Positions 28,349 to 38,637 of a stretch of 45,472 bases of DNA are shown here, piece by piece. The position numbers and the translations under genes are program-made. Source of the DNA: Alphaproteobacteria bacterium. Its GTDB lineage: Bacteria; Pseudomonadota; Alphaproteobacteria; SHVP01. Below the pieces are notes generated by a model, which worked only from the letters and a program-made list of their open reading frames with translations, was not told the DNA's origin and searched no databases. Location: positions 1 through 45,472 of the forward strand of contig JAPYRS010000005.1 in NCBI GenBank assembly GCA_029936875.1. The letters are read 5' to 3'. How positions within the stretch are numbered: position 1 is the stretch's first letter; each line of letters opens with the position of its first letter.

Positions 28349-31138
28349 ATGACCACGCCGCCAGATTCTGCACCCGATCAAAACATCAAAGAATCATCGC
28401 CCGTAAAAAATGTGGCGGCGGAGAGTTCTGGTTCGGCAAAGACCAAATCAGCGAAAGCGGCCCGCACATCTGCCGCCAAGGCGGCCCGCACCACGCCCCG
28501 AACGACCCCAATGATGACGCAGTATCTGGCGATCAAGGCTGACCATCCGAACGAGCTGCTTTTCTACCGGATGGGCGATTTCTACGAATTGTTTTTTGAT
28601 GACGCGGTGCAGGCGTCCGAAGCCCTCGACATAACGCTGACCAAACGCGGCCAGCACCTCGGCGAGGATATTCCGATGTGCGGCGTGCCGGTTCATGCCG
28701 GCGACAGTTACCTGCCGCGTCTCATCAAAAAAGGATTTCGCGTCGCCGTCTGCGAGCAGACCGAAGATCCGGCGGAGGCCAAAAAACGCGGCAGTAATTC
28801 CGTTGTCCGGCGCGCGGTGGTGCGGATCGTGACCGCAGGCACGTTGACCGAAGACAATCTTCTCGATGGCCGCCGCAATAATTATTTGGCCGCCTTGGCA
28901 CAAGTTGGCGGGCGCCAGGTTAGCGGCGAATGGGGGCTCGCCTGGCTCGATCTTTCGACCGGCGAATTCTCAACGGCCAGCGTGTCTGAAGCAGCGCTTG
29001 AATCTGAGCTCGCGCGGCTCGATCCCGGCGAACTGTTGATTGAAGACCGGGCCTATCCGACCAACGCCGATGATCCGCTGATCGATTGGGCCAACCGGAT
29101 GACGCCGCTTCCGCCCAGCAGCACTGATTCGCAGTCCGGTGAACGGCGGCTCAAATCCTTGTTTGCGGTCGTGGCCCTTGATGCCTTTGGTGAATTTAGC
29201 CGGGCCGAACTCGGTGCCGCCGGGGCACTGGTCGATTATGTTGATCTCACGCAAAAGGGTCAGGCGGCGCTGATCCGGCCGCCGGTTCGGCTTCAAACCG
29301 GTTCGGTGTTGGCGATCGACAGTGCGACGCGGCGAAACCTCGAAATCACGCAAAGTCTTTCCGGTGCGCGGGATAGCTCGCTGCTTGCCGTCATCGATAT
29401 GACCGCGACAGGAACCGGCGCGAGGCTTTTGTCGCAACGACTGAACGCGCCGTTGACCGATGTCGGCGAAATCGCCGCCCGCCTCGATGTCGTCGAATCT
29501 TTGTTAGCTGTGGCTGCCACACGGGCCGATCTTCGCAACGCACTCAAGACCTACCCGGACATGGAGCGCGCGCTTGCCCGTCTGACGCTCGACCGGGGTG
29601 GGCCGCGTGACCTGGCTGCGATTCGAGACGGCCTTGCCTGCACCCAAGATATTCGCCGAGTACTGGAAGGTGCACCGGATGCGGTTTCAGCCGCGTTCGA
29701 GGCCGGCCTCAAACGGTTTAACGGCCACGCGGAACTGATTACAAAACTGGAATCAGCGTTGGCGCCGGATCTTCCGGTGTTCACCCGCGACGGCGGCTTT
29801 GTTGCCAAGGGTTACGACCGCGCACTGGACGACGTGGTTGTTTTGCGCGATGAAAGCCGGCGGCTGACGCGAAACCTCGAGGTGGAGTACCGGACGGAGA
29901 CCGGGATCATGTCGCTCAAGGTGCGGCACAATAATGTGCTCGGGTATTTTGTTGATGTGACGCCGACCCACGCCGACAAGATTACCGGCCAACATGAAAA
30001 GTTTATTCATCGCCAGACGCTTGCAAGCGCGGTTCGGTTTACGACGGTTGAACTCGGCGAACTTGAAGGCAAGATCAGTTCAGCGGCAGACCGAGCGCTC
30101 GCGCTCGAGACGGAAATATTCAAGAAACTTTCCAAAGACGTGCGGGACTACGGCGATCAGATTCTGCTCGCCGCACAGGGCGTTGCCGAAGTTGATGTTG
30201 CTGTCGCCTTGGCCCAGGTCGCGCATGACAACGGTTATGTCCGCCCCGAGATTGACGCGACCACCGCATTCAATATTGAGGGCGGGCGGCACCCGGTGGT
30301 CGAGGCCGCGCTCAAATCCGACAATCAGAAAGCGTTCATAACCAACGACTGCGATCTCGGCCCAGACAGCAACCTCTGGCTGGTGACCGGCCCCAACATG
30401 GCCGGGAAAAGTACCTTTCTGCGGCAGAACGCGCTGATCGTCATTCTCGCGCAAATGGGATCGTTCGTGCCGGCAACGTCGGCCCACATCGGCGTGGTCG
30501 ACCGTCTCTTCAGCCGGGTCGGCGCCGCCGATGATCTCGCCCGAGGGCGCTCGACCTTCATGGTCGAGATGGTCGAGGCGGCGGCCATTCTCAATCGCGC
30601 GGGCCCGCGTTCACTTGTCATCCTCGATGAAATTGGACGCGGCACGGCAACGTTCGATGGTTTGTCGATTGCCTGGGCGGCGATCGAACATCTTCATGAC
30701 GTCAACAAAAGCCGCGCTCTGTTCGCAACCCACTATCACGAGCTGACGATGTTGGCGGCAAAACTGCTGCGCCTCGCCACCTGGACGCTTCGCGTTAAGG
30801 AATGGGAAGGCAGCGTCGTGTTTATGCACGACGTCGTCCCGGGCGCAGCCGACCGGTCTTATGGGATTGCCGTGGCCAAACTTGCAGGCCTGCCTTCGAG
30901 CGCCATCGCGCGAGCGGAAATCGTGTTGCAGGCGCTTGAAAACGGCGAACAAGGCGGTGCGGTCGCCCGCCTTGCCGATGATTTACCGCTTTTCTCAGTG
31001 GCCGCGTCCGAACCGAAAGCAAACGCGCCGCGTCCAATTGATGAGGCGCTTGCCGATCTTCGCCCCGATGAACTCAGCCCGCGGGATGCCCTGGAGGCGC
31101 TCTATCGTCTCAAGGCGATTTTCACAGAAGGCGAATAG
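28349..31138 (+). CDS. mutS: DNA mismatch repair protein MutS
   Basis: [90 protein letters not shown]. Confidence 0.98.
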   Translation: MTTPPDSAPDQNIKESSPVKNVAAESSGSAKTKSAKAARTSAAKAARTTPRTTPMMTQYLAIKADHPNELLFYRMGDFYELFFDDAVQASEALDITLTKRGQHLGEDIPMCGVPVHAGDSYLPRLIKKGFRVAVCEQTEDPAEAKKRGSNSVVRRAVVRIVTAGTLTEDNLLDGRRNNYLAALAQVGGRQVSGEWGLAWLDLSTGEFSTASVSEAALESELARLDPGELLIEDRAYPTNADDPLIDWANRMTPLPPSSTDSQSGERRLKSLFAVVALDAFGEFSRAELGAAGALVDYVDLTQKGQAALIRPPVRLQTGSVLAIDSATRRNLEITQSLSGARDSSLLAVIDMTATGTGARLLSQRLNAPLTDVGEIAARLDVVESLLAVAATRADLRNALKTYPDMERALARLTLDRGGPRDLAAIRDGLACTQDIRRVLEGAPDAVSAAFEAGLKRFNGHAELITKLESALAPDLPVFTRDGGFVAKGYDRALDDVVVLRDESRRLTRNLEVEYRTETGIMSLKVRHNNVLGYFVDVTPTHADKITGQHEKFIHRQTLASAVRFTTVELGELEGKISSAADRALALETEIFKKLSKDVRDYGDQILLAAQGVAEVDVAVALAQVAHDNGYVRPEIDATTAFNIEGGRHPVVEAALKSDNQKAFITNDCDLGPDSNLWLVTGPNMAGKSTFLRQNALIVILAQMGSFVPATSAHIGVVDRLFSRVGAADDLARGRSTFMVEMVEAAAILNRAGPRSLVILDEIGRGTATFDGLSIAWAAIEHLHDVNKSRALFATHYHELTMLAAKLLRLATWTLRVKEWEGSVVFMHDVVPGAADRSYGIAVAKLAGLPSSAIARAEIVLQALENGEQGGAVARLADDLPLFSVAASEPKANAPRPIDEALADLRPDELSPRDALEALYRLKAIFTEGE

Positions 31139-31171
31139 GGTTTTGATTCGTAAATTTCTGCGGGGGCAGCG

Positions 31172-32122
31172 ATGACCGCGCCGCTCGAACCAGCCGCGCC
31201 GGGCGCAGCCTTATCCCGGTGGGGTCCGCTTGGATCGCCGTATCTGCTGCTGATTTTCACGATGATGTTCTGGTCAGCCAATTCGGTGATCGCCCGAAGC
31301 GTGGTTGAAACCGTGCCGCCGATGCATCTCAGCTTTTTGCGTTGGCTGGTGGCACTGCTCATTCTGTTGCCATTTGCGTGGCGGCCGTTCCAAAGGCAAT
31401 GGCCGCAATACCGCGCGAACTGGCGCTTAATTCTGGTGCTGGCGCTGTTCAGCGTGACGCTGTTCAACTCGCTTCTCTACATCGCGGTTCAATTTACGAT
31501 TGCCATCAACATCTCGCTGGTGACAACGGCGATACCGGCTTTCACCGTGTTGATCGCCTGGGCCGCACTCCGGGAGCCGATTTCGCGGCGAATAGGCCTT
31601 GGCATGGCCGCCGCCTTTTTCGGCGTGCTGGTGATCGTCGCCAAGGGAGACATATCGATCATCACCGAATTTGATTTCAATCGCGGCGACCTGATCACGA
31701 TGGCCGCGGTCTTTTGCTGGTCGGTCTATAGCGTTTTGCTGCGCCGGCTGCCGAAGGGCCTCGATCCGGTCGGCTTCATGTTTGCGATTACCTTGATCGG
31801 CACAATTATGATCGTGCCGTTATTCGTTATCGAACTTGGCATGGGACGGGCGATGACGATTACGCCCTCGGGTATTTTCGGCATCGTCTATCTCGGGTTG
31901 TTCGCTTCGATTCTCGCGTTTCTCTTTTTTAATAATGGCGTCAAGCGCCTCGGCGCCAATCGGGCGACGCAGTTCAACTATCTGATGCCGTTTTTCGGCG
32001 TCGCCTTAGCGATGATCTTTCTCGGCGAGATGCCGCGCTGGTTTCATGGCGTCGGCATTACGCTGGTTCTTCTCGGCGTTTGGTATTCGGCGACGAAACA
32101 GGCTGCCGACCAAAAAACATGA
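31172..32122 (+). CDS. EamA/DMT family transporter
   Basis: About 10 TM segments, FWSAN...R, F.RW, LLY.A, P, GD, WS.YS, Y...F.S..A...N..V..LG...A....L.P, LGE. Confidence 0.9.
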   Translation: MTAPLEPAAPGAALSRWGPLGSPYLLLIFTMMFWSANSVIARSVVETVPPMHLSFLRWLVALLILLPFAWRPFQRQWPQYRANWRLILVLALFSVTLFNSLLYIAVQFTIAINISLVTTAIPAFTVLIAWAALREPISRRIGLGMAAAFFGVLVIVAKGDISIITEFDFNRGDLITMAAVFCWSVYSVLLRRLPKGLDPVGFMFAITLIGTIMIVPLFVIELGMGRAMTITPSGIFGIVYLGLFASILAFLFFNNGVKRLGANRATQFNYLMPFFGVALAMIFLGEMPRWFHGVGITLVLLGVWYSATKQAADQKT

Positions 32123-33039
32123 ACCGCTCAAAACTTATTCGGGCGCTGTTGAACCCCTATCTGCTGTTAATGCTGGCCACAATATTCTGGGGCGCAAACG
32201 TCGTCGTTGGTCGTGGCATGGTTGGCACCGAAATGCCGCCTGTCGCGCTTTCCTTTTGGCGCTGGACCTTGGCGACACTCATTCTGATTCCGTTTGCCGG
32301 CCCAACGCTATGGCGTCAGCGTGCCATCGTTCGCGCCCATTTTTGGTGGCTGGTTTTTATGGCGATCATCGGCGTCGCCATTTTCAACACGCTTCTCTAT
32401 ATCGCGCTGACGATGACGACGGCGGTGAATGCGTCGCTGATCAATGGTTTTGTTCCGGCCGCAACGGCGGTTGCCGCCTGGCTCATCCTGCGTGAGAAGG
32501 TGTCCGTGCTGGGCAGCGTCGGCCTGCTGATTTCGTTTGTCGGCGTGGTTGTCATTTTGGCGCACGGTGAAATCTCGGTGCTGCTCGGTTTTCAGTTTAA
32601 TCTTGGCGACTTGCTGATGTTGCCGGCGATTGGCACGTGGGCGATCTATACGGCGCTACTCCGCTTCCGGCCGAAGGACTTTGATCCGCTCGCCTTTACG
32701 TTATTCACATTTTTTGTTGGCAATTTATTTGTCGCGGTTGCCTACGGATTTGAAATTTCGCAGGGGCATACCTTCAGCCTCAATCTGAAGACACTCTCGG
32801 CAATCGGATATGTCGGGTTGTTCCCGTCGTTGCTCGCCTACGTTTTCTGGAACCGCGCGGTGGTCGAAGTCGGGCCGAACCGGGCGTCGGCATTTTATTA
32901 TCTGCTGCCAGCGTGGGGCAGCTTCTTTGCCGTCATATTTTTAGGGGAGCCGTTTCAGTTTTATCATACCGCCGGCATTGCACTGATTTTTGCAGGCGTC
33001 TATCTCGCCACCGGACGCCGCGCCGTCAAATCACGTTAA
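32119..33039 (+). CDS. EamA/DMT family transporter (paralog of the upstream gene)
   Basis: FWGAN.VVGR, FWRW, FNTLLY.AL, GD, YVGLFPSLLAY.FWN.AV..VGP.RA, LGE. ATGA overlap at 32119-32122. Confidence 0.9.
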   Translation: MNRSKLIRALLNPYLLLMLATIFWGANVVVGRGMVGTEMPPVALSFWRWTLATLILIPFAGPTLWRQRAIVRAHFWWLVFMAIIGVAIFNTLLYIALTMTTAVNASLINGFVPAATAVAAWLILREKVSVLGSVGLLISFVGVVVILAHGEISVLLGFQFNLGDLLMLPAIGTWAIYTALLRFRPKDFDPLAFTLFTFFVGNLFVAVAYGFEISQGHTFSLNLKTLSAIGYVGLFPSLLAYVFWNRAVVEVGPNRASAFYYLLPAWGSFFAVIFLGEPFQFYHTAGIALIFAGVYLATGRRAVKSR

Positions 33040-33065
33040 GCGACGCCGCCGGAATCCAGATCGCT

Positions 33066-34025
33066 TTATGGCGCTTTGGATTGAAGCGACCGGTTCGCTG
33101 CCTCGCGAAGCCCGCGGCGGGCAGCTTCGTTGGCAAGCAGCAACCCACCGAGCATGACCGCGAAGGCGATCCAGATCCAATTGCTCAACGCTTCGTCCAG
33201 CAACACTAGCGACCAAAGAATGCCGGTGATGACGATCACGTAATTGTACTGCGCAAAAAAGACCGGACCGGTGCGGCGGATAATCTCGAACATGCAATAA
33301 AATCCGATGGCGCCGACAAAACCCGCCCATAAGATGCCCAATATCCCCTGCATCGGCGCGTTCCAGGCCGGGTAAAAACCCTCACCGATCATCATCACGA
33401 GGAACGATATTGTGGCGGCGCCGATGACCAGGCCGGTTGCCAGCATGATTGTGGTCGTCTGCGGCGGTTTCACAATCGCCACGTAAATATTGTTGCTCGC
33501 GAAACAGAACGGCACGATCAGCAGAAAAATAACCCAGATCGCATCTTCACTGCCGGGCAGGCTGCCGTCTGGCACGACGATTAAGGCAACGCCCAGCAAT
33601 CCAAGCAAGACGCCGCCAATTCCCAACCAGCGAAACCGTTCAACCCGAAGAACCATCGCGTAAATGTAGGTGATACCGGGCGTGAGCGTGATCAGCAGGG
33701 TGACGACTCCGGCCTGCAGTTTTGCCGCGACGATGGCGAGAACAATGACCGGGATGACGATGCCCAGCGACGACGTAATCGCATAATGCCGGATATGCCT
33801 AAAGGAACCCGGCGGAATGTTCCCCGTGATTGCGGCCAGCACCAACAGGATAATACTCATGACAAACGACTGCCAAAACGTATAGGCCATCGGTGGGACA
33901 CCGGCATTGGAGACAAATTGATTGGTCGCAAAAATACTACCGTACAACGAGGCGCCGCCGACCAGCAGAAGCAACGGGATCAGCAGTGATTCATGTTTTG
34001 CCGCGGTATGACCGGTTTCGGTCAT
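33066..34025 (-). CDS. EamA/DMT family transporter
   Basis: About 10 TM segments, FWQS, LTP..TY, G...GL.GV.LI..P, FEIIR..GPVFFAQ.NYV. Start set at ATG 34025. Confidence 0.88.
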   Translation of the reverse strand: MTETGHTAAKHESLLIPLLLLVGGASLYGSIFATNQFVSNAGVPPMAYTFWQSFVMSIILLVLAAITGNIPPGSFRHIRHYAITSSLGIVIPVIVLAIVAAKLQAGVVTLLITLTPGITYIYAMVLRVERFRWLGIGGVLLGLLGVALIVVPDGSLPGSEDAIWVIFLLIVPFCFASNNIYVAIVKPPQTTTIMLATGLVIGAATISFLVMMIGEGFYPAWNAPMQGILGILWAGFVGAIGFYCMFEIIRRTGPVFFAQYNYVIVITGILWSLVLLDEALSNWIWIAFAVMLGGLLLANEAARRGLREAANRSLQSKAP

Positions 34026-34062
34026 CGCCGTTGTACTCCGATCATGTTGAACCGCTGATCCG

Positions 34063-34992
34063 TTATTCGGAGTCTTGAGGCGCGGTCGTTTGCATCGCTG
34101 CTGCGGCGCCGCGGTTTGCGAAAACAAGACCAATCGCCATCAAGGCGATTGCGCCCCACACCCAGGCCGAAAACGAATCCTGGAAAAAAATGTAGGCCCA
34201 AATGACACCCGCGGCGACGACGACATAATTAAACTGAGCGAAGAATACGGGCCCGGCCAACCGGATGATTTCAAACAGGACGAGAAAAATAATGACTTGT
34301 CCGGCGCCGGCCCAAATCGTTGACCAAACGGCGATCGCAGAAAATGACGTAATCATGATCGGGCCGTCGAAAATCAGCATGACGGGCAACAAGACCAGCG
34401 CCGCAACCAGAAGAACACCGGTTGAGAGTTGCATTGAAGAGGTTGCGGCCGGTCGCAGGAACGGCACCATTACGTTATTGATCGCGTAGCCAATCGGCGC
34501 TGCCAACGCAATTACCAACCAACCCGCCGATACTCCCGTTCCGAGGCTGTCACGCGGCAGGATAATAAGCAGCACGCCGGCCAAACCGAAGAGAATGCCG
34601 CCGATGCTGGTGATCCGAAACTTATCGGTGCGGAGCGCGACCGCAAACAAATAGGTAAATGCGGGCGTCAATGTAAGCGCGAGCGCGATCACACCTGGCG
34701 GAAGTTTATCCGCAACAAACGTAATCGCGATCAGAGGAATGCTGTAGCCAACGATAGCCGTCAGAGAATACTGCCGAATATGTGCGCCGCTGAATTGCGG
34801 TAAGGCGCGCATCGGAATCGAAACAATCAGCAACGCCACCCCACCGACAAGCGATTGCCAAAAGGAAAACGCAATAAACGGAAATCCAGCCTCAATCGCA
34901 AATCGGTTTGCCGAAAAAGTGCTGCCAAATGCGATGCCGCCAAAGATCAGCAAAATGATCGGGTAGCGCAGCGATTTACTGGAATCGGACAT
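34063..34992 (-). CDS. EamA/DMT family transporter (paralog of the downstream gene)
   Basis: FWQS, LTPAFTY, GILFGLAGVLLIILP, FEIIRLAGPVFFAQFNYV. Start set at ATG 34992. Confidence 0.88.
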   Translation of the reverse strand: MSDSSKSLRYPIILLIFGGIAFGSTFSANRFAIEAGFPFIAFSFWQSLVGGVALLIVSIPMRALPQFSGAHIRQYSLTAIVGYSIPLIAITFVADKLPPGVIALALTLTPAFTYLFAVALRTDKFRITSIGGILFGLAGVLLIILPRDSLGTGVSAGWLVIALAAPIGYAINNVMVPFLRPAATSSMQLSTGVLLVAALVLLPVMLIFDGPIMITSFSAIAVWSTIWAGAGQVIIFLVLFEIIRLAGPVFFAQFNYVVVAAGVIWAYIFFQDSFSAWVWGAIALMAIGLVFANRGAAAAMQTTAPQDSE

Positions 34993-35066
34993 GAGCCGTC
35001 GGGCCCTCTGAACAAGGGTTTCAATGGACCCTTCGGCGACGACCCTATCGGGCGCTTTGGATCGGG

Positions 35067-35453
35067 TCAACGCGCGTCGGCGAATCCAGAATTCGCCAAG
35101 TCCCTGTCGTCGCCGTCATCCGGACCGACAAGACCATTTGAAGCGCCGCCGCCATTATTTCCATTACCGCCAACGACACCTGCGGGTGGTCCGCGGCCAT
35201 TGTCACCACCGCCAGCATTGCCATTGCCGCCGCCGACGCCATCAGGTGGGCCGCCGCCATTTCTGTTGCCGCCGCCATTGCCTTGCTGCGCGGCCGCGGA
35301 ATTTGCAACCAACAGGCCGGTGGCGGGATCAAAGCTGATTGGGAGGACAAGCGTGACAACCGCAATAATCGCATCCGAGCCAAACAGGGCGGCTCTCAAG
35401 CTTTGCGGCATGGGTCGGGGGACGATACCTGACAAAACTCTGCTGAATTTCAT
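35067..35453 (-). CDS. Hypothetical Gly/Asn-rich low-complexity protein, probably exported or membrane-anchored
   Basis: GAGG RBS and ATG 35453, hydrophobic segment, AAA cleavage-like site, then QQGNGGGNRNGGGPPDGVGGGNGNAGGGDNGRGPPAGVVGGNGNNGGG. Confidence 0.6.
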   Translation of the reverse strand: MKFSRVLSGIVPRPMPQSLRAALFGSDAIIAVVTLVLPISFDPATGLLVANSAAAQQGNGGGNRNGGGPPDGVGGGNGNAGGGDNGRGPPAGVVGGNGNNGGGASNGLVGPDDGDDRDLANSGFADAR

Positions 35454-35709
35454 TTCCAATTTCCTCGAACGCTACAAACCGTCATGGCCCGATCCCCATG
35501 GCCTTCCGACCTCTTTGATGTGCTCACTGTACCCTTAAATCCAAGTGATAGTTGTCACTTGAGCTTCACGATTCGCCGCAAGAATTTGCCAATTTTTAGC
35601 TCAATTCTAGATCGTATTTATGTACTTCGTTCGGCGTCCGGCCAACGGCGACCGTCGTCCGAATGTCCTTATCTTGATATTGGCGGGAAATAAGGGCAAC
35701 TAGAAGGTT

Positions 35710-38517
35710 ATGAACCGCGTTACCGATCCTCGCGCGGTAATCAACCGCAAAGAACTGTCCGCGCGCCTCGATGCCGTCGCAGAGGATACTGATCCCAAAT
35801 CCTCAGCCGGTCGCGCCAAGGCGCTGTCGCTGGTTCGAGAGTCGCTTGATTCCGGGCAGGAAGAAATCCATCGCCGGCACAAGGCCGGGCACGGCGGCGT
35901 TGAATCTGCCCGCGCGCAGGCTTTTCTGATCGATCAACTGATTCGGGCGATCTACGATCATGCCCAGTGGCACGTCTACCGGGCGACCAACCCAACCGCC
36001 GGCGAGCGCCTCGGTATCGTCGCGGTCGGCGGATATGGGCGCGGCGAAATGGCGCCATATTCCGACGTCGATCTGCTCTTTTTGCATCCCTACAAGCTAA
36101 CGGCCTGGGCCGAACAAACGGTCGAATACATTCTCTACATGCTTTGGGACCTTGGTCTGAAAGTCGGTCAGGCGACACGATCGATTGATGGTTGCATGCG
36201 GCTTGGGCGCAACGACTACACGATTCGCACAGCACTTTTGGAATCGCGCTACGTGTGGGGCGACCGGGATCTGTTCGACGAACTGCGCCGGCGATTTGCC
36301 TCGGAAATTGTCGAAGGCACCGGTTACGATTTTGTCGAAGCGAAACTTTCCGAGCGTGACGCGCGCCACAAGCGCCTCGGCGATTCCCGCTACCTCGTTG
36401 AACCCAACATCAAAGATGGCAAGGGTGGCCTGCGCGACCTGCACACGCTTTTCTGGATCGGCAAATACCTCTACGGATCCGATGACACCGCACTGGTCGA
36501 CAACGGCGTGCTTACCGCGGAAGAGCTCACGCGGTTTGTGCGGGCCGAAACATTTCTCTGGAACGTCCGCTGCTATTTGCACTACCGCGCAGGGCGGCCG
36601 GAAGAAACTCTGACATTCGATGCACAAATAGATGTCGCGCGAGATTTCGGATATCGCGAGAACGCCGACACCCGCGCGGTCGAGCGTTTCATGAAACGAT
36701 ATTATCTGGTTGCCAAAGAAGTCGGTGATCTCACGCGAATATTCTGTGCGGCGCTCGAAGAACAACATCGCCGCAAACCGCGGATCAGTTTTGCGCGGTT
36801 TGGATTATTTCAGCGTGAGATCGAAGGGTTTGTCGATGAAGGCGGGCGCCTCAATGTCTCCGATGACCAGATGTTTGAAAGGGACCCGGTCTCGATGTTG
36901 CGACTGTTCCGGGTCGCGCAAGACCGTGAACGGGATATCAATCCGCACGCATTGCAACTCATCATGCGGAACCTGCGCGGGATCGACGATCACGTTCGGG
37001 CTAACCCCATCGCCAACAAATTATTTCTCGATATTCTGACGTCGACCGGCGACGTTGCGACCACGCTCCGGCGGATGAACGAGGCCGGCGTATTTGGCCG
37101 CTTCATTCCGGACTTCGGTCGCGTCGTCGCCCAGACCCAGCACGACATGTATCACGTCTATACCGTCGACGAGCACACGATCCGGGCGATTGGCGGGCTT
37201 TCGGAAATTGAACGCGGGTTGCATCCGAAGGACCATCCGCTCGCGACCAAAGTGATTCAGAACGTTCAGTCGCGGCGCGTTCTTTATCTGGCCGTGCTGC
37301 TGCACGATATCGCCAAGGGCCGGGGCGGCGATCATTCAGATTTGGGTGCAGAGGTCGCGCTGCAACTTTGCCCGCGCCTTGGCCTTGAAGAAGAGGAAGT
37401 GGAATCGGTCGCCTGGCTCGTCCGCCATCACCTTGTGATGAGCCATACCGCATTCAAGCGCGATCTCTACGACCCCAAAACCATCAGCGATTTTGTTGAG
37501 CTGGTGCAAAGCCCGGAACGCCTTCGGCTGTTGCTGACCTTGACGGTGGCCGATATTCGCGCCGTCGGTCCGGGCCGCTGGAATAACTGGAAAGGTGAGC
37601 TGTTGCGCGAGCTTTTTCATGCGGCCGAAGAGGCAATGACCGGCGGCCAGTCGACCGCGCGCCAAACCCAAAGGCTGAATGCCGCGCGGGAATCATTAAG
37701 CGAACACCTGAAAGATTGGACCCGCGAAGAAGTTGCCGCCTATTTCGTCCGCTTTCCGCAAAACTATTGGGTCTCCACAGACCATGAGACGCAGGCGCGG
37801 CATGCGGTCATGGTGAGGGCGGCGGATCAGAATGCGGCGGGCGTCAGCGTTGACGCCCATCCCGATCACGCGCGGGGCGTCACCGAAATTACTGTCTACA
37901 CAAAGGACCACCCGGGTCTATTTGCCCGCATCGCCGGCGCCATTGTCGTCTCCGGTGGTGACATTGTGGACGCAAAGATTTACACGACGACGGACGGCAA
38001 GGCGCTCGACACGTTTGCCATTCAGGATCGCGACAAGCAGCCGTTCGAAAAAGTCGCCGGTCTCACAAATGCGATAGAGGATTCGCTTGGGACAGAGATG
38101 AACTTTGATCAGTCGCTGGCGGCACGGAGTACCGGCTTCCCGAGCCGCGCCTCGGTCTTTACGGTGCCGCCCCGCGTCCTGATCGATAACAAGGCGAGCA
38201 ATATTCATACGGTGATTGAAGTCAACGCCCGTGATCGCCCCGGTCTTCTTTATGATGTCACCATGGCGCTGTCGCAGCTCGGGATTGCGGTCGCGAGCGC
38301 ACACATAACGACCTACGGCGTGCGCGCGGTCGACGTGTTCTACGTGAAGGATATGTTCGGACTAAAGGTGATGCAGGATTCCAAAATTGAGCGGATACGA
38401 ACGGAACTTATGGAAGCGCTCAATCAAAATTCGCCTCCGGCGGCGGCCAACACTGAAGCTTCGGCGCATGCGGGCGATCCTGAATCTGCCGCGGCCGCGG
38501 CACATGCGGCCGAATAA
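35710..38517 (+). CDS. glnD: Bifunctional [protein-PII] uridylyltransferase / uridylyl-removing enzyme
   Basis: AVGGYGRGEMAPYSDVDLLF, EPNIKDGKGGLRDL, YHVYTVDEHT, LLHDIAKG, two ACT domains (DHPGLF, DRPGLL, DVFYV). Confidence 0.98.
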   Translation: MNRVTDPRAVINRKELSARLDAVAEDTDPKSSAGRAKALSLVRESLDSGQEEIHRRHKAGHGGVESARAQAFLIDQLIRAIYDHAQWHVYRATNPTAGERLGIVAVGGYGRGEMAPYSDVDLLFLHPYKLTAWAEQTVEYILYMLWDLGLKVGQATRSIDGCMRLGRNDYTIRTALLESRYVWGDRDLFDELRRRFASEIVEGTGYDFVEAKLSERDARHKRLGDSRYLVEPNIKDGKGGLRDLHTLFWIGKYLYGSDDTALVDNGVLTAEELTRFVRAETFLWNVRCYLHYRAGRPEETLTFDAQIDVARDFGYRENADTRAVERFMKRYYLVAKEVGDLTRIFCAALEEQHRRKPRISFARFGLFQREIEGFVDEGGRLNVSDDQMFERDPVSMLRLFRVAQDRERDINPHALQLIMRNLRGIDDHVRANPIANKLFLDILTSTGDVATTLRRMNEAGVFGRFIPDFGRVVAQTQHDMYHVYTVDEHTIRAIGGLSEIERGLHPKDHPLATKVIQNVQSRRVLYLAVLLHDIAKGRGGDHSDLGAEVALQLCPRLGLEEEEVESVAWLVRHHLVMSHTAFKRDLYDPKTISDFVELVQSPERLRLLLTLTVADIRAVGPGRWNNWKGELLRELFHAAEEAMTGGQSTARQTQRLNAARESLSEHLKDWTREEVAAYFVRFPQNYWVSTDHETQARHAVMVRAADQNAAGVSVDAHPDHARGVTEITVYTKDHPGLFARIAGAIVVSGGDIVDAKIYTTTDGKALDTFAIQDRDKQPFEKVAGLTNAIEDSLGTEMNFDQSLAARSTGFPSRASVFTVPPRVLIDNKASNIHTVIEVNARDRPGLLYDVTMALSQLGIAVASAHITTYGVRAVDVFYVKDMFGLKVMQDSKIERIRTELMEALNQNSPPAAANTEASAHAGDPESAAAAAHAAE

Positions 38518-38637
38518 GGCTGCAATAAATTTGGTCACACTCCAGCCCCAATCGAAACAGAGTATGCCGCCTTCGCCGCCCTTGCCGCACCGCGTATCCT
38601 GTCGAAACCGGTCTCCCTCGATGACTTCCAATCACGC

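Noticed and set aside
34855-35538. 227-aa Pro-rich plus-strand ORF
   Set aside because: It is the mirror of the Gly-rich minus-strand ORF (GGC/CCG codons) and overlaps an EamA gene. The minus-strand ORF has the RBS and signal-like N-terminus.
35552-35569. TTGTCAC-N4-GCTTCAC as a Pho box upstream of glnD
   Set aside because: The second half-site matches poorly, and I cannot distinguish it from chance without a weight-matrix scan.
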